Origin: Octopus sinensis
Taxonomy: Eukaryota
DNA length: 64,000 nt
Assembly: GCF_006345805.1 (NCBI RefSeq)
Contig: NC_042997.1
Span: forward strand, 178,002,001 to 178,066,000
Direction: 5' to 3'
The position numbers and the translations under genes were made by a program. Within the stretch, counting starts at the first letter, position 1, and each line of letters opens with the position of its first letter. Of the stretch, positions 47,755-62,622 are shown one piece after another. Under the pieces are notes generated by a model that was not told where the DNA came from, searched no databases, and saw only the letters and a program-made list of their open reading frames with translations.

Positions 47755-50700
47755 ATAGATGCCAGCATGGAAGGCAGACATTAAACGATGATAATGTCTG
47801 TACAGTCCCACTTTTTTGCAAAACCATGGTAATGATTTTAATCAAGAAGTGAATACTTTGCATGCACAACATTTTTGTTTTCCCTATTTTCCTACATTAT
47901 TCCATCCAGCAAGTGCTTCTTTTTCAGGATTTGCATACACCAGAGCTTTCATATGTTAATTTTATAGGGAAATTACTAAAGATGGCAAGAACTTATAATG
48001 AAATTCTATTAGGCCATGGTAGGTAATCAGTTCTGTTTCTGTTCATTGATAACACAATAGCCAATTGATATATTACTTTCAAAATCATTATTCAAATAAG
48101 TAGTGTCTAGTTTAAATATTTTAATACTAAAAAAAAAAAAATCATGAACCCTTCTAAACACCCAGTGACCCTGTCTATAATGACCCTTGACACTTGCCAT
48201 CCACTCCAGGGGACACTATGTTTTCCTTTGTATTTGGGTGTGAGAGAAATAAAATGTGATGTAAATATAAATAAAAACTGAAAAGCAAAGTTGTTTTAAA
48301 AAAATAAATACACTGAAATACACTTTGTTTTGATTAAGTTTGGAAATAATAAAGAATGTAGTAAAATAACTGCTATTTTTAGGCTAGTATCATGACGATG
48401 ATGATGGTCAGCATTTAATGTCTGTCTTTCAGGCTGGCTTGGCCTGGATAGTTTGACAAATGAGCTAGAGAACTACATTGAACTTCAATGACTGCTTCTA
48501 TATGCTTTCTGCAGCTGGAACCCTTTGCCCTTCCAGGTGACAACCACTTTACAGCATGTATTGCATGCCTTTTTTCACGAAACCAGCACAAGTGAAGGTC
48601 ACCAAGTAACTTGTAAAACAAAGAAGAAGCTTCCTAGGGGAAAGTGGCTTTATGCCAGGTATAAAGCCATCTTCTCCTAAGAGGCTTTATGATAGAGGGA
48701 TAGGAACAAATGTCTTGCAATAGAAGATATACACGGCTACCTTGCATTACATAAGAGTGATTGGGAAAGAAAATGAAGATGTTTGTGACAAGGTGTTGGA
48801 GTATACTGTCATGGTAGAAGAAGGTGGATGTAAAAGAAAATGCAGATTGAGGATAAGTTTATAACAGTGTGAGGGAAAGTAACAGGTGGTTAGAGATTGG
48901 AGTAAAGGTTGATGTAGTGAATGATGTACAAGGGTGGAGTTGTGGCTGATGATGGATATCAATATTGGGGAGAAGGTAAAAGAAATAGCTCGGGAAGGTG
49001 GAAGTGATAAGTGTTAATACAGGAAGTGGTAGAGAGTAGCAGTAGAGTAAGTTTGTAAATAATAAATAAAATAAATGTGCCCTTTTAAAGCCTAGCCAGG
49101 CTCATGGGCCTGGTTTCCCGGTTTCAATGACGTGTTCCCCAGCGTTACTCATTTTTGCCAGCTGAGTGGACTGGAGCAATGTGAAATGAAGTGTTTTGCT
49201 CAAGAACACAACGCATCGTCTGGTCCAGGAATCGAAACCACAATCTTACGATCATGATGCTGACACTCAAACCACTAAGCCACGAAGGTTGTAAATAAAT
49301 TAGAGGGAAAGAGAGAGATGAATTAAAATGAAAATCTGATGGGAGATTTTAATTTAGATCACTTTTAACAGTAAGTTTGTATTACAAAATCCTGGATGGT
49401 CTCAGACAGTTTGCATCAAAGGGGTTAAAATGATGATGATAAAAGCGAAGAAGAATCATTCAGATTAGTGCTTGTTTATATTTGGTGAATGGTGCCAAAA
49501 ACTTAACAACAACAACAACAGACAATTAAATAAGCAAATTACACAGCTATTTTAAACCATACTTTCATTGATTTTCTTGTTCCATTGTTTGCTTATGACC
49601 TTTTACATTAAAATAAACATAGATTAACTATTACATAATTTCATATTTTCCCCATTATTATTTTGTTTCCCTTGCCCACAGCTTCACTGATATTTCTTTT
49701 CCCAGCCCAAGATCCTTAAAAAAAAAAAACAAAGATGGTTGTTTAAAAATTACTAATGCTCTGTATGTTTACTGATCTTGCACTTTGTAGATAAGGCAAT
49801 GAACACGAGTGAAACTTATCAGTTAAGTGATTAACAATAAGAAAGAACAAACCAGCCAAGACTATCATATCTGAGCCAATAAGGGCCTTCATAGTCACTT
49901 AACCACCTAGAAATAGCAACTGAATCTCTCACAAATTACACCATACCAACTTAGACCATCATCATCATTTACCCCTTTAGCATTTAAATTAGCTATATCC
50001 AGCCCAAATATTCAATCTTGTTTTAAGTAAATTAGCCAGATGCAACCTTTCATACCTACCCTACAATGTCGTCTTAAAACTAGACAATCAAACCATTGAA
50101 ATCACAAAGCTACAAGATAATTGATGACTAATGCAAAACAATGTGAATAAATAAGCATTACATTTGACACCATAATTTGGATGCTAAAGGGTTAAAGTTC
50201 GTTTTATGCTGACATAGGTTAAATGGTTTGACAGGATCCGACGGGTCCAAGGACTGGATCATGCTCCAGTTTCTGTTCTGATATGTTTCCTGTGTCTGCA
50301 TGCCCTTCCTAATGCCAATCACTTTACAGTGTGTACTAGGTGCTTTTCTCGTGCTGCTGGCATTACTGAGGTCACCATGCATCTTGCAAGAGTACTAAAC
50401 CAGAGGATGGGGGAGCCTTATGTTAGCAGACGAGGATCAGGGTACGAGAAGAAGTGGTTCAGACAGGTTCTTGCTGTAAAGGAGCTACATGCAACAATGT
50501 GGTTCCTAACATATATAACGACTGGATGATCATGGCTGGAACATCTTAGATCGTAGATCTAATTGGATCAAGGTTATCTTGGGACCTAAACAACAGTAAC
50601 TCTTGTCCCAACAACATGCAAACATAAAAGAAACAATTGCAAAAATACAAGTAAAACAATATCATCATCATCGTTTAACGTCCGTTTTTCCATGCTAGTA

Positions 50701-51450
50701 TGGGTTGGGACGGTTCGACTGGGGTCTGGGAAGCCAGGAGGCTGCACCAGGCTCCAGTCTGATCTGGCAGTGTTTCTACAGCTGGTTGCCTTCCTAATGC
50801 CAACCAGTCCATGAGTGTAGTGGGTGGTTTTTACGTGCCACTGGCACAGGTGCCAGGCAAGGCTGGCAACGGCCACGATTGCTTGGTACTTTTTACATGC
50901 CACCGGCACGGAAGCCAGTCAAAGTAGTGCTGGCATCGGCCATGTTCGGATGGTGCTTTTTACGTGCCACAATCATCATAACTAGACATTTCACAGACTG
51001 TTTTACTTTTGAGAATGGGTCTTTGCCCCTGAAATATAAAGATTTTGAGAAACTATGCTTTCAGAAGCTTTTCTCTTTTCCTTTCATTTATATGCCTGCT
51101 TTTCCATGCTTGCATAGGTTAGATGAATGTCACTGAGGCATCATTTCAAAGCCAGATTTTTCTTTCTGTTGCTAATTCTTACAGGCTTTTCAATTAAAAG
51201 ATCTTTTATTCCATGAAGCTCAGAAAGAGTGAAGAGAGCAGGTGATCTGTTGATGAATATATGATGTTCCTTTTTCTTTTTTCAGTTTCCATCAACCAAA
51301 TCTACTTACAAAGCTTTGGATGGACCTGGGGTTATGCTAGAAGACAGCTGCCCAAAGTGCAATGCAGTGGGGCTGAACTAGAAACTGAATGGTTGGGAAG
51401 TGAACTTCTTAACCACACAGGCATGCCTGTACTTACATCACAAATATGTA

Positions 51451-51484
<34 letters not shown>

Positions 51485-52789
51485 CTGAGAACCCCTTCGG
51501 TCATGAATGACCATGGGATTGCACCTAGAAAGTTACCCTCTAAGGCACAAATCCGGGCAAGGTTGTTTATGGAAGACCAGCAGTCGCCCATGCATACCGG
51601 CCTCCCCTCTCCATACCACCAGTGTTATCCAAGGGAAAGGTAACAGCAGATACACCTTGGTACCTGTGATGTCACAACTCATTTCTACAGTGTAGTGAAC
51701 TGGAGCAACGTGAAATAAAGTGTTTTGCTCAAGAACACAACACGCAACCTGGTCCAGGATTCGAACTCACAACTTCACAATCATAAGCTCAACACTCCAA
51801 CCACTGAGCAATGTGCCTTCACACATATATATATATATATCAGCATTTAGTGACTGATTTTCATGCTGGCATAGGTTAGACGGTTTGACTGAAACTGCTA
51901 AGCTGGAGAACTGCATCAGGCTTCAATCTGATTTGGCATGGTTTCTATGGCTGGATGCCCTTTCCATATATATATATATATATATATATAAAACAATAAT
52001 AATAAAAAAAACAGATATACTCACCCTTGTTGTCTCTGGGATGCCTGCTATCAGGTTCAGAAACTACTTTGTTCCAAGCTGAAAAAAGAATTGCAGGTGT
52101 TTCAGTGTTACACATTCAAAAATAGCTAATGGAAAAATTACTTCATTAACATAATTATGATAATAGCTTACTTAGTAAAAACATTAATTCAAGGATCCTG
52201 TTTTTTGTGCAATAAATTTTACCACTATCACCACCACCACTGTCATTCATCTCAAAATTCAATTTTACATGCCTAAACTGATCAAACAAAATTCAGTGAG
52301 CAGATTTTCTACAGTTAGCTGCCCTACCTGACACAAACCCTCACCTGTTTCTGAGCAATGTAACATTGCTCTATGGCTGAACATGTTTCCATGGAATATT
52401 AGAAACAAGGGTCATTGCTTAAATAATGGTGACACTTGTTTAGAACTATCACACACTGACAAGACAAGGGGGCACAAAGGCAACTCAATAGCAAGTTATC
52501 TCTGCATATATATCTACACAGCCAGGATTGACAGAAGAACAGGACTGCTGCTATAAGATCCTTCTGTCGATTAACTCAGTGACATCAGATATGTTAGCTG
52601 ATATAATGATGGTTTCTGTGATATGCATGGAGGGTATGATTCAAGAAATGAAGGTGTAAGGTTATTGTTGTTCTGTGAAGCAACTGACCAAACAATTTGG
52701 AACACACTTTAAGAAGCCAGCCAACCCAGCAACCACCTCAACACTTATCAATCTGGCAAACAAACATCGGATAGATTACATTTTTCTTC

Positions 52790-54347
52790 AGGAAATGGGA
52801 CAGAAGGACATTCCTGGTGGAAAATGCACCATGCAACATAGATTAGGGGCTGGTGACTTCAGATTCAGAGAGAAACTGACAGAAACTGAAGACAATATGG
52901 AGGAGACATGGGAACTAAAAGATCCTGCAATAGGGAATAGATTTAGAGAAATTCTAACTGATGTGTATGATTACAGGGAGAAAAATTTAGATATCTGTAG
53001 CATAAATGACAACTGAGAATTTCAGTGAAAATACCTGCTTGGAGCCACAGATCAGACATGTGGCTGGAGTATGAGATAGTTGATAGGGGGAAAATGTTTA
53101 AGAGATATGATTCGAAGGAAGGTCATCAAAGGGAGTATCATCAAATTAGAAGAGCAACTAGGAGACAGGTATACTTGGTTAAGGGTGAAGCAGAAAGGAA
53201 GAGATTAATGCATGTCATGCAATGTGAGGATTAGAGGTGTAAAGTGTTCAGGGTTGCAAGAGTGTGTGACAGAGAATCCAGGTGTCACTGGTAAGAAGAA
53301 TATTCAAAATAATGAAGGCATACTTGCCATAAATATGGAAGACAAGTAAGCAGTATGGAAGTGCTATTATGAGAGGTAGCTGAACATGGTACATAAAGCA
53401 ATGAAGAATATGAAGGACGAGAAAACTGAAGGCCCATCAGGGATAGTTGCAGATATTGTAAACTGCTTCGAAGTCAAAGGAAATATTTTAGGGAGAAGTA
53501 ACTATAGCGGAATCAAACTACTGGATCAAGTCATGAAGATCACAGAGAGAATCATAGCACAACCGATCAGGACAGAACAGACTTTGATGAGATGCAGCTT
53601 AGCCTTGTGCCTAGAAGTACCATGGATGCAATCTTCCAGTGAGGTAATTTCAGGAGAAATACTTGGTAAAGACCAAACCACTGTTCCTGGTATTCACTGA
53701 TCTAGAGAAGGATTTGATAGGATATCACCTTCAGTAATTTGGTGGTTTCTAAGGAAACTAGGTGTAGAAGAATGGCTTGTTAGTGGGGTTGTATAAGCTA
53801 TGTACAAAGATGCAGTTAGTCAGGGACGACAAAGATTTCAGAGACGAACTTAGTGCAAAAGTAGGACTCCATCAAGGTTCAGTCCTCTTTCTTCTCATCG
53901 TAAGTCTTACAGGTTATCATGGAGGAGTTCAAGGCTGGTTGTGTATGGGAAGTCCTATATGTTGATGACCTATGTAGTGGAATTAGAGAGGAAATTCTAG
54001 GCATAGAAGCCAAACCTAAAATCAAGAGGCCTCAAGGACTCTGGTATCTTTGGGAAAATGCTTTGTTTGAAATGCAGAAAGGGAATGAGTATAAACTCCA
54101 TGTGCTGTACCAAATGTTAGCTATGGACATTCAAGAGGTATAGTGGAGTCACAGACAGACTAACAAATAAAGTAAGCTTCATATATGACAGGTTTACTGG
54201 AGCAGTATGAATTATGAGCATACCAAAAATAGTTTCTTTTAAATGCCCAGACAAGTCCTTAGAAGTACACTGTAGCTTTTGTTACCTAGGACATGGGATT
54301 AGCAAGGGAGGTTGTTGCTCTGAAAGAGTGGTAGCCAAGGTAAGAAC
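52790..54347 (+). mobile_element. Degraded RTE LINE ORF relic (endonuclease end through RT)
   Basis: QHRLGAGDF, GPSGIVAD, NYSGIKLLDQVMKITERII, KVGLHQGSVL, LYVDDL, FCYLG in order, broken by stops and frameshifts. Confidence 0.8.
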
Positions 54348-54599
54348 AGGTTCATCATTATCATCGTCATCATCATTTAATGTCTGTTTTCCATGCTGGT
54401 ATGGGTTGGATGGTTTGACTGAAAACCAGTAAGCTGTACCAGGTCCCAATTTGATTTGGTATTGATGACCTTCCTAACACCAACCACTCCAACAGGAGAA
54501 AGCAGATCTCATGACCTTGAACCTAACGGGAGATGAGTGAGGACCATGATTTGAGTTCAAACACTACTAAGGTCAACTTTGCTCTTCATCCTTTGTCTT

Positions 54600-54875
54600 G
54601 TCTTGAGAAAGCATTCACCCGGGGTGGGTTGAGCTGGCTTCATTCATCCTTAATGCTGCATCTCTCACAAACGCCGACCAGACCTGGCGATTTGAGGCTA
54701 ACAACCGCGTGATCTCCAACCACTCCTTATTCCAGTGGCGAACGCCATAGATATGGGGGCCTAGGTTGTGTTCCAGATCAGCCTTGACTGTCATCAGCCA
54801 GGTTTTTCGTTGTCCACCACATTGCTTTCGCCAACCCTTTGCAGGATAACGAGGTAAGTACCAACTGAACACTAG
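54600..54875 (-). mobile_element. 3-prime fragment of a second RTE-like LINE family
   Basis: GWRKQCGGQRKTWLMTVKADL...NRQVWSAFV resembles the RTE C-terminal GRPxKTW...RxxW region. Confidence 0.6.
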
Positions 54876-55741
54876 GATATAATCAACTTCTCCTCCCCGT
54901 CAAAATTGCAAGTCCTGTGTCAATATTAGAATTAATATTATTATTGTAACTAATAATAATACTGATTTGTGTACTTGACTGGTACTTCATAATTGATTTG
55001 GGTAAGATGAAAGGTAAATTTGAGGTTGTAAGGACTTGAACTCAAAATGTGAAGAGCTGAAAGAAGCACCCCCAAAGCATTTCATCTGACATTCACTCTT
55101 TTCTGATTACACATATTTTTAGGGATGAGTATACTGACCCCCAAATGTAATGCGTTTTATAACACCACAGAGATAATAAAAATAAGCTATGCTTGTGTGT
55201 GAAAATCAAAACAGTGACATGACCTAGATAACTTATTACATCTAGGTCAGCCGAGAACCATTTGTGTTTAACCTATTGCTCTAAAAATAAGATATAATAA
55301 TGTATGAAATCTACTAGACAGTAAAAAAAATGTGCTCTGTGCCTGAGACCATAAGCATTATATGATGATGATGATGGCAAAACAAGCAGAGAAACCTGCC
55401 TGCACATAAGTACAATAACTGCAACCAAAATGTTAACTTATGACCTTGGGCTCACATAAATATAAACACAATGTATACAGAAATTTAAAATGCAACAATG
55501 ACAGCTTCTAATTTTAAACTGCTTAAGTAAATAACCAAAATATTTTGATATTTGATACACACACACAGATAATAGACATAAAATATATACGTTTCAGCAG
55601 TAACTCCTGGTATATGCTATTTTAAAAATCAAAGCCAAATAATGGAATCAGGGAACATACAGCATGTATGTGCTCTCTCTTTAGTTCACTATCTCTCTAA
55701 GAGAGAGAGAGAAATAAGATGTTATTTGCATCCATTTATAT

Positions 55742-55945
55742 ACTCTTTTACTTGTTTCAGTCATTTGACTGTGGCCATGCTGGAGCACCGCCTTTAGTTG
55801 AGCAAATCGATCCCAGGATTATTCTTTGTAAGCCTAGTACTTATTCTATCGGTCTCTTTTGCCAAACCACTAAGTTACGGGGATATAAACACACCAGCAT
55901 CGGTTGTCAAGTGATGTTGGTGGGAACAAACACAGACACACAAAC

Positions 55946-55981
<36 letters not shown>

Positions 55982-56157
55982 GTATACATATATACAACAA
56001 GCTTCTTTCAGTTTCCGTCTACCAAATCCACTCACAAGGCTTTGGTTGGCCCGAGGCTATAGTAGAAGACACTTGCCCAAGGTGCTACACAGTGGGACTG
56101 AACCTGGAACCATGTGGTTGGTAAGCAAGCTACTTACCACACAGCCACTCCTACGCC
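55742..56157 (-). mobile_element. SINE family 1, full length
   Basis: Near-identical to other copies. Confidence 0.88.
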
Positions 56158-57940
56158 ATATATAAGATATGTATTGCAAGCCTTGCATTCTTGCAGGAAA
56201 TACCACATTTTTAATCTGTAGAAGTTAGAAAGTGGCCCAAGAGCTGGGTGTTTCCTTCATCAGAGTTTCATAAGTACATGCATGAAATTTGGCCCATGAG
56301 CCACTATAACTTCTATCAATTAGATATAGTAAAATATATATACTCATGTATTTACACATACATACATCCATCATCAAAATAATGATAAGTCATTTCTACT
56401 ATAGGCACAAGGCCTGAAATTTGGGGGAGGGGGTTAGTTGATTACCTCAACCCCAGTGTTCCACTGGTACTTATTTTATCGATCCCAAAAGGATGAAAGG
56501 AGTCAACCTCAACAGTATTTGAACTCAAAACATAAAAATGGATGAAATACCACTAAGCATTTCATCTTGCGAACAATAATGATAATCCTTTCTACTATAG
56601 GCACAAGGCCTAAACTTTGTGGGGAGGGGGATGGCCGTGCACATTGACCCCAGTGTTTCACTGGTACTAAATTTATCGACCCTGAAAAGATGAAAGGCAA
56701 AGTTGACCTTGGCAGAATTTGAACTCGGAATGTAACGACAAGCAAAATACCATTTTGCCCAGTGTGCTAATGATTGTGCCAGCTCATCGCCTTGAATATA
56801 ATGATAATGATGATAATAATAATAATACCATATAACATCTGTCTTCAATGCTGGCATGTTTTGGATGCATGAACAGGATATGACTAGCCAGAGGACTGTA
56901 TTGAGTTCCAGTGTCTGCATTGACATGGTTTCTATGGCTGAATGCCCTTCCTAATGCCAACCTCTTAAGAGTGTACTGGATGCTTTTTTCATGACACTAG
57001 CCCTAGTGAGTTCAAGGCCCTCTTGATTGAGTGGGGGGGGTCAGTACTGAGGTTTGCACCAGGTGTTGAGAAGCTAATGTATGACAGGCAAGGGTAGGTG
57101 TTTTGCTGTAGAGGGAGCTACATGGTTACCCCAGCTGGAAAGGGAGAAAGGATGGTGATAATGAAATATCAGGGTGTACCCTCAAGGTATAAGAACAGAA
57201 GCAGGTAGAAATAAGAGAGAGATAGAGATAGAAGATCAGGGATGGGTAGACAGATTCACAAGAAAATGAAAGAAGAGTGACAAATGGGGATAGAAGTGAA
57301 TGCAGTGATTGATGAACACAGGCAAAGGCTTGGTCAATGACAAATCTCTCTCTTCCTAGCTTAAGGGTAGAGTATTTGAAAGGAAGAGGAAGCTTCATGC
57401 CAAGTTTTGAGAGGCAAAAGTACATCTCTTGCTATAAAGAAGATACATAGCTACTCTGCATTATATAAAGGTTTCAAGTGTTTCAAAAATATACATCATA
57501 TGTACTCAAGTGTTAAAGATGATGATGATAGCAGTCGAGGTCATGGAGATTTTAGGGAAGGTTACAATGATAATGGAATGACACTGACAACAATAAGATG
57601 ATGTTAAGAAGAAATACGTATTTCTTTACTACCCACAAGGGGCTAAACACTGAGGGGACAAACAAGGACAGACAAACGGATTAAGTCGATTATATCGACC
57701 CCAGTGAGTAACTGGTACTTAATTTATCGACCCCGAAAGGATGAAAGGCAAAGTCGACCGTGGCGGAGTTTGAACTCAGAATGTAATGGCAGACGAAATA
57801 CGGCTACGCATTTCGCCCGGCGTGCTAACGTTTCTGCCAGCTCGCCACCTAAGAAGAAATATGGTCTTTTGTATGGCAAGAAAGATGATGTGATATTGCT
57901 GGTGATAACAACAATATGGACAGGACTTCGTAATACTTAC

Positions 57941-58053
57941 AATCTGTTAAATATTTAACAATATCGTCGTGTTGAGACTGCGACTCTGATGGGTAGCTAT
58001 TCTGTCGATGCACACTCACAGCTCGCTTCCCATTAAATACAGATTTCTGAGAG
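57941..58053 (-). CDS. MCRIP: FAM195/MCRIP homolog, most 5-prime coding exon found (SQKSVFNGKRAVSVHRQNSYPSESQSQHDDIVKYLTD)
   Basis: Acceptor ttatttatttgtag, donor gtaagt, 113 nt, phase 2-1. VFNGKR...QHDDIVKYL matches the family pattern VYNGKR...HEENVRFI. The start-codon exon was not found. Confidence 0.88.
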
Positions 58054-61000
58054 CTACAAATAAATAAACAAATAAGCACATAAAAACATGTAAATGAAAT
58101 ATCAAGTATCTTATAAGCAAATACAATCTAAGTATAATTATTCTGCCAAACAAATCAGCTTCCAATAAATTCACTTATTTCCCTTAACTTATTTGATTAA
58201 TTTTAAAAAAATTATACTGGTCAAAATTATTTGTAATTAAATTATATATAAAAATGTCAACTATAGTATGTTGATAAGGTCTAATAAACTGAAACATATC
58301 CATAGTTGTTCAATGCCTGTAATCAAAGATGAAATAATTTTTTTCAGGTTGAGTAGCCCATCCCACTCAAAAGGTCCCTGAATAAGGTTTAAGGATGATG
58401 AATGAAACATCAATATTTCCAGGGGTGAATTATTCAAACCCCAAAGAACCCCTTTCAACACATCTCTATGATGCTCCCCTACTACTCTTGCTGGTGATCA
58501 GAGATGTACATATTGACAGCCACCAAGGGACATGCTCAACTGATTATGGTCGAGCAGTCTGTGATACTGAGCAGAATATTCGCTGTAGCCCATCTTTTAC
58601 ACCAAGATGAAACATGCATGTGTTAACACTTCTAATCGGAAGTCAAGGCAGTAAGCTGGCAGAATCACGTCAGAAAAAATGCTTAGCAGCACTTTGTCTC
58701 TCTTTATGTTCTGCGTTCAAATTCTATCAAGGTCGACTGTCTTCCATCCTTTTGGGGTCAATGAAATAAGTATCATCACATGCTGGGGTCGACGTAATCA
58801 ACAGCCCCTTCACCCAAAATTTTAGGCCTTGTGCCTTTAGTAGAAAGGATTATTATTATTATTATTAAGGTGCTGAGCTGGCAGAATCATTAGAAAACTG
58901 GGCAAAATGCTTAGCGGCATTTCGTCTGTCTTCACGTTCTGAGGTCAAGTTCCGTCTAGGTCAACTTTGCCTTTCATCCTTTCAGGTCCGATGAAATCGA
59001 CTATCCCCATCCCCCAAATTTCAGGTCTTGTGCCTATAGTAGAAATAATATTATTATTATTATTATTAGTAGTAGTAGTAGTAGTAGCAGCAGCAGTAGC
59101 AATGATAGTAGTATAGTAGCGGAAGCAGCAGCAATAAAAAAAATACATATACACACATCCAGCATTCAAATGATACTGTGACTTTTAATTAATCCCTTAG
59201 GCATTAAAAAAAAGGAACAAAGTTAAAAAACACACACAAACAACAACAACAATAATGAATCACCAGCAAATTCCTTTGTAAGCAAGAATTATTTCCAAGC
59301 TATTGAAACAATCAGGCTATGAGCAATAATGATAATAATAACTCTTTAACACCAAATGACTAGCATAACAATAAAATTAAATCAGTTAATTTCCTCTTGC
59401 CAGCAGCAGAGAGAGAGAGAGAAGATCAGAATTGTTCTACAGTGTTAATGCACTGCTGGAATCTAAGCTGATGAGCAGAAGCAGCTTTTTCATAAGAGAA
59501 TAATGAGAGTCTGAGTTAGTTCTGAGTTGCATCCCTATGCTATGGGTATTAAGTTCTCATTGATAACGAGAAATTTACCAAGGGTAATGCCTTCAGTTTT
59601 TTTTTTAAATCTAAAGGGTGTGGCTATGTGGTTAAGAAGTTTGCTTTCCAACTACTCTGGTGTTGGGTTCAGTCCCACAGCATGGTCCCTTGGACAAGTG
59701 TCCTTCAAGTATAGCATCAGGCCGACCAAAGCCTTTGCAAGTGGATTTGGTGGTGGGGCAGAGTCTGGCCAAGTAAAATAACAGTTCTGGGAGATGCTAT
59801 TTGAACGACACTTTGGTTTTAGTATGGCAACAATCATGCTTAACCCTTTAGCATTTAAACTGAAGCTAATGTTTTAGCTTCAAGCTGGCCAGTTCCAGCC
59901 TCCCACACTTTTCTTACAATGTTATTCTAAAAAATAAACAATAATATCATTGAAATCTCAAAGCTACAAGGTAATACATGACTAATTTATATCAATGTCA
60001 ATAAATAAGCATTACATTTGACAAAGAAATATGAATGCTAAAGGGTTCCTTTCTATCATCTTGGGGCTTGATCGTTAGTTTGTTTGCTTAATGATCATTT
60101 TCCTATGCTATATTCTATGACCAGATGCCCTTTTTGCTGCCAATCCTTATCTGCTTTTATAATGTTAACAAGGAATGTTAACATCATAATCACCATTGTG
60201 CTTGGACTTGTGCCAAATGAAACCGTGCACTGTCAACATTCACATACATATGCACACACAATGGGCTTCCATATAGTTTCCATCTACCTATTCTGCTCAC
60301 AAAGGATTGGTGGCCCGGTGCTATAGTAGAAGACACTTACCCAAGGTGCTGTGTAGTGATACTGAACCTGAAATCACATGGTTGGGGAGTGAACTTCTTA
60401 ACCACACAGCCATGCCCGCACCTGATAGTGTTCAATAAAAATAATTTTGAATATTTCTTTTTTGGAATGGTTTAACTTGAAGCAAATAAAGCTATATATA
60501 ATAGTGTGTAAATGTTGAATTAAAAATCCTTTGGACAGAAAAAAGTTGACAACATACAATTTTTGCAAGTAAGAACAAATTTCTAAAACAGATAGAGAAA
60601 TTCAAAGGATAACTTTGGTCCCAGGTAGAACATCCAACATATTTACAAGAGATGAGATGTGGGTTTATATCTCACAGGCAGCCTTTGACCCCTTCTATCC
60701 AAAGGGGGCTTTTAACTCAATATCTACATGCTTTCATTTACAGCTTTAACTCCTTTGAATTAAACCATTCCAAATCAAGAATTATTTCATGGTTTCTCCA
60801 AATTTATAAAATCTAATGACATTAACAATTTTGAATATGTTTGTTCAAATTAAGAACATTTTGGAAGATCAAGAGGAAGATAAATTTTGTTAGGTGCTGT
60901 GGATTTAGAAAGGATTAAGTGAATGGCTAGTGGTAAGGAGGTGAGAATGAGAGATTAGTTTTCTGGACAAAATAATGGTTTATCACAGGTTATACATTAA

Positions 61001-62134
61001 ACATTACCAGAGCACCTATTCTTGACAGTTAGATGAAATAAAGCAACACTGAATATAAAGTCCTGTTCAGAAATACAATAAAATATTTGAGTAACTACCT
61101 GGACTACCTGGCCTTCAGGTATCTTCAGCAGAGTACATTTTGTTGCAAGCATTTGAATTAAGTCCTTCATCTCAAGATAACTTTCTCCACCAGTCATAAG
61201 TGCCCAGCAAAGGCTCAGGTGTGCCAGTTTTTCTCCTCTAAGTGGTATTTTTTTTTTAAATTTACAATTTTGCTGTTTGACACAGGCACGGCCATGTGGC
61301 TACGGCATTCTCATTCAATCATGTGGCCCCAAGTTTGATCCTATTCTGTGGAATCTTGGACAAGCATCTTTGAATCTAACCTCAGATCATTCTAAACCTT
61401 ATTAGTAAGGTTGGGTAAACAGAAAATGTATTAAAGCCCAACAGATAAACTGTGCCTGTAACTCAACCCTTTAATCTTCAGATTACTTTGTCAAATTTAA
61501 TGCTTCCTTATTCATGTTGTTTTGAATTAATCATGCATTATCTCACAACTTTGAGATTTCAATGACGTGATTGTATAATTTGTAGTATGACATTGTAGGG
61601 TAGATGTGAGAGGCCAGATCTGGTCAGTTTCAACATAAAACTGGTAGGATACTCGAGCCATATATGGCCAGTTTAAATGCTAAAGAGTTAAAGAGGCAAC
61701 TTGGTCACACACACACACAGTATCATGCTGATTCTGCCTGAAGCTTACATTAATGGTACAATATTTGGCCACAGATGTTATAATTCAATGAAAAGGTAAT
61801 TCTATTAATTGAGTAACTGGAACACTCACCCTCAAAACTGGTGGAGGATTTATTTACACAATTTACTTTATTGCTGCTTAATTGAGAATGAGCTATAGAA
61901 TTCTGGCATTGATCTTCGTACTTCTTGCATACAAATAAAATATTCCACTAATTAAATTAATGCTCAATCAATTATACAATTAAGTGATAAACATCAGCAA
62001 TGTTGATATAATTTAATTTTCTTAAGTGGGAGCCTATAATCTGTCAGGCAAAGTGAGGCAAGTAAATTTGAGCCTTGACAAGGAGGGCACCACATTTGCT
62101 GATATAAGGGTTAAGCCCACGACCATCTAGACTG

Positions 62135-62622
62135 GTGGTTTTCAACCATTTTTCACTTCTGGACCCCTTCCTTTACTATTTTATTCTGGTGGACCTTCCT
62201 AGCCATTCGATGTTTAAAGACTAGTTTTATAGATATTTCTTTCAGAATTTCTGTTTTATTATTTGCACATCTACTTATGTCAGCTGAACTATGTATAATG
62301 TTAGAGAAAGAAACCTCATCATTTCATGCAATAGAAACTTTTAAATCAAAACTTAAAATACTACTGTGGGTCCTCAATTTACTATTTTGCTAGCATGCTC
62401 CTCCCCAACAAAAATCTAATATGGACAACTAGGGGCTGAGAATCATAGATCTAGACCCATACTCTACAACCGGTATGCTACGAGATGATGTTAGGTGTGC
62501 CACAGTGTAACCTGAATATAATTTTTTCCCTATACTTTTCGTTATATTTTTAGGTGTGTTGCCGAATTTTGAAAAGAATATAAGTGTGCTGCAAGTGTAA
62601 AAAGGTTGCAGAGCACTCCCCT
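62135..62622. mobile_element. Two adjacent degraded hAT-like MITEs
   Basis: Termini resemble CAGTGGTTTTCAACC...GGTTGAGAACCACTG and CAGTGCTCTACAACC...GGTTGCAGAGCACT. Confidence 0.45.
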
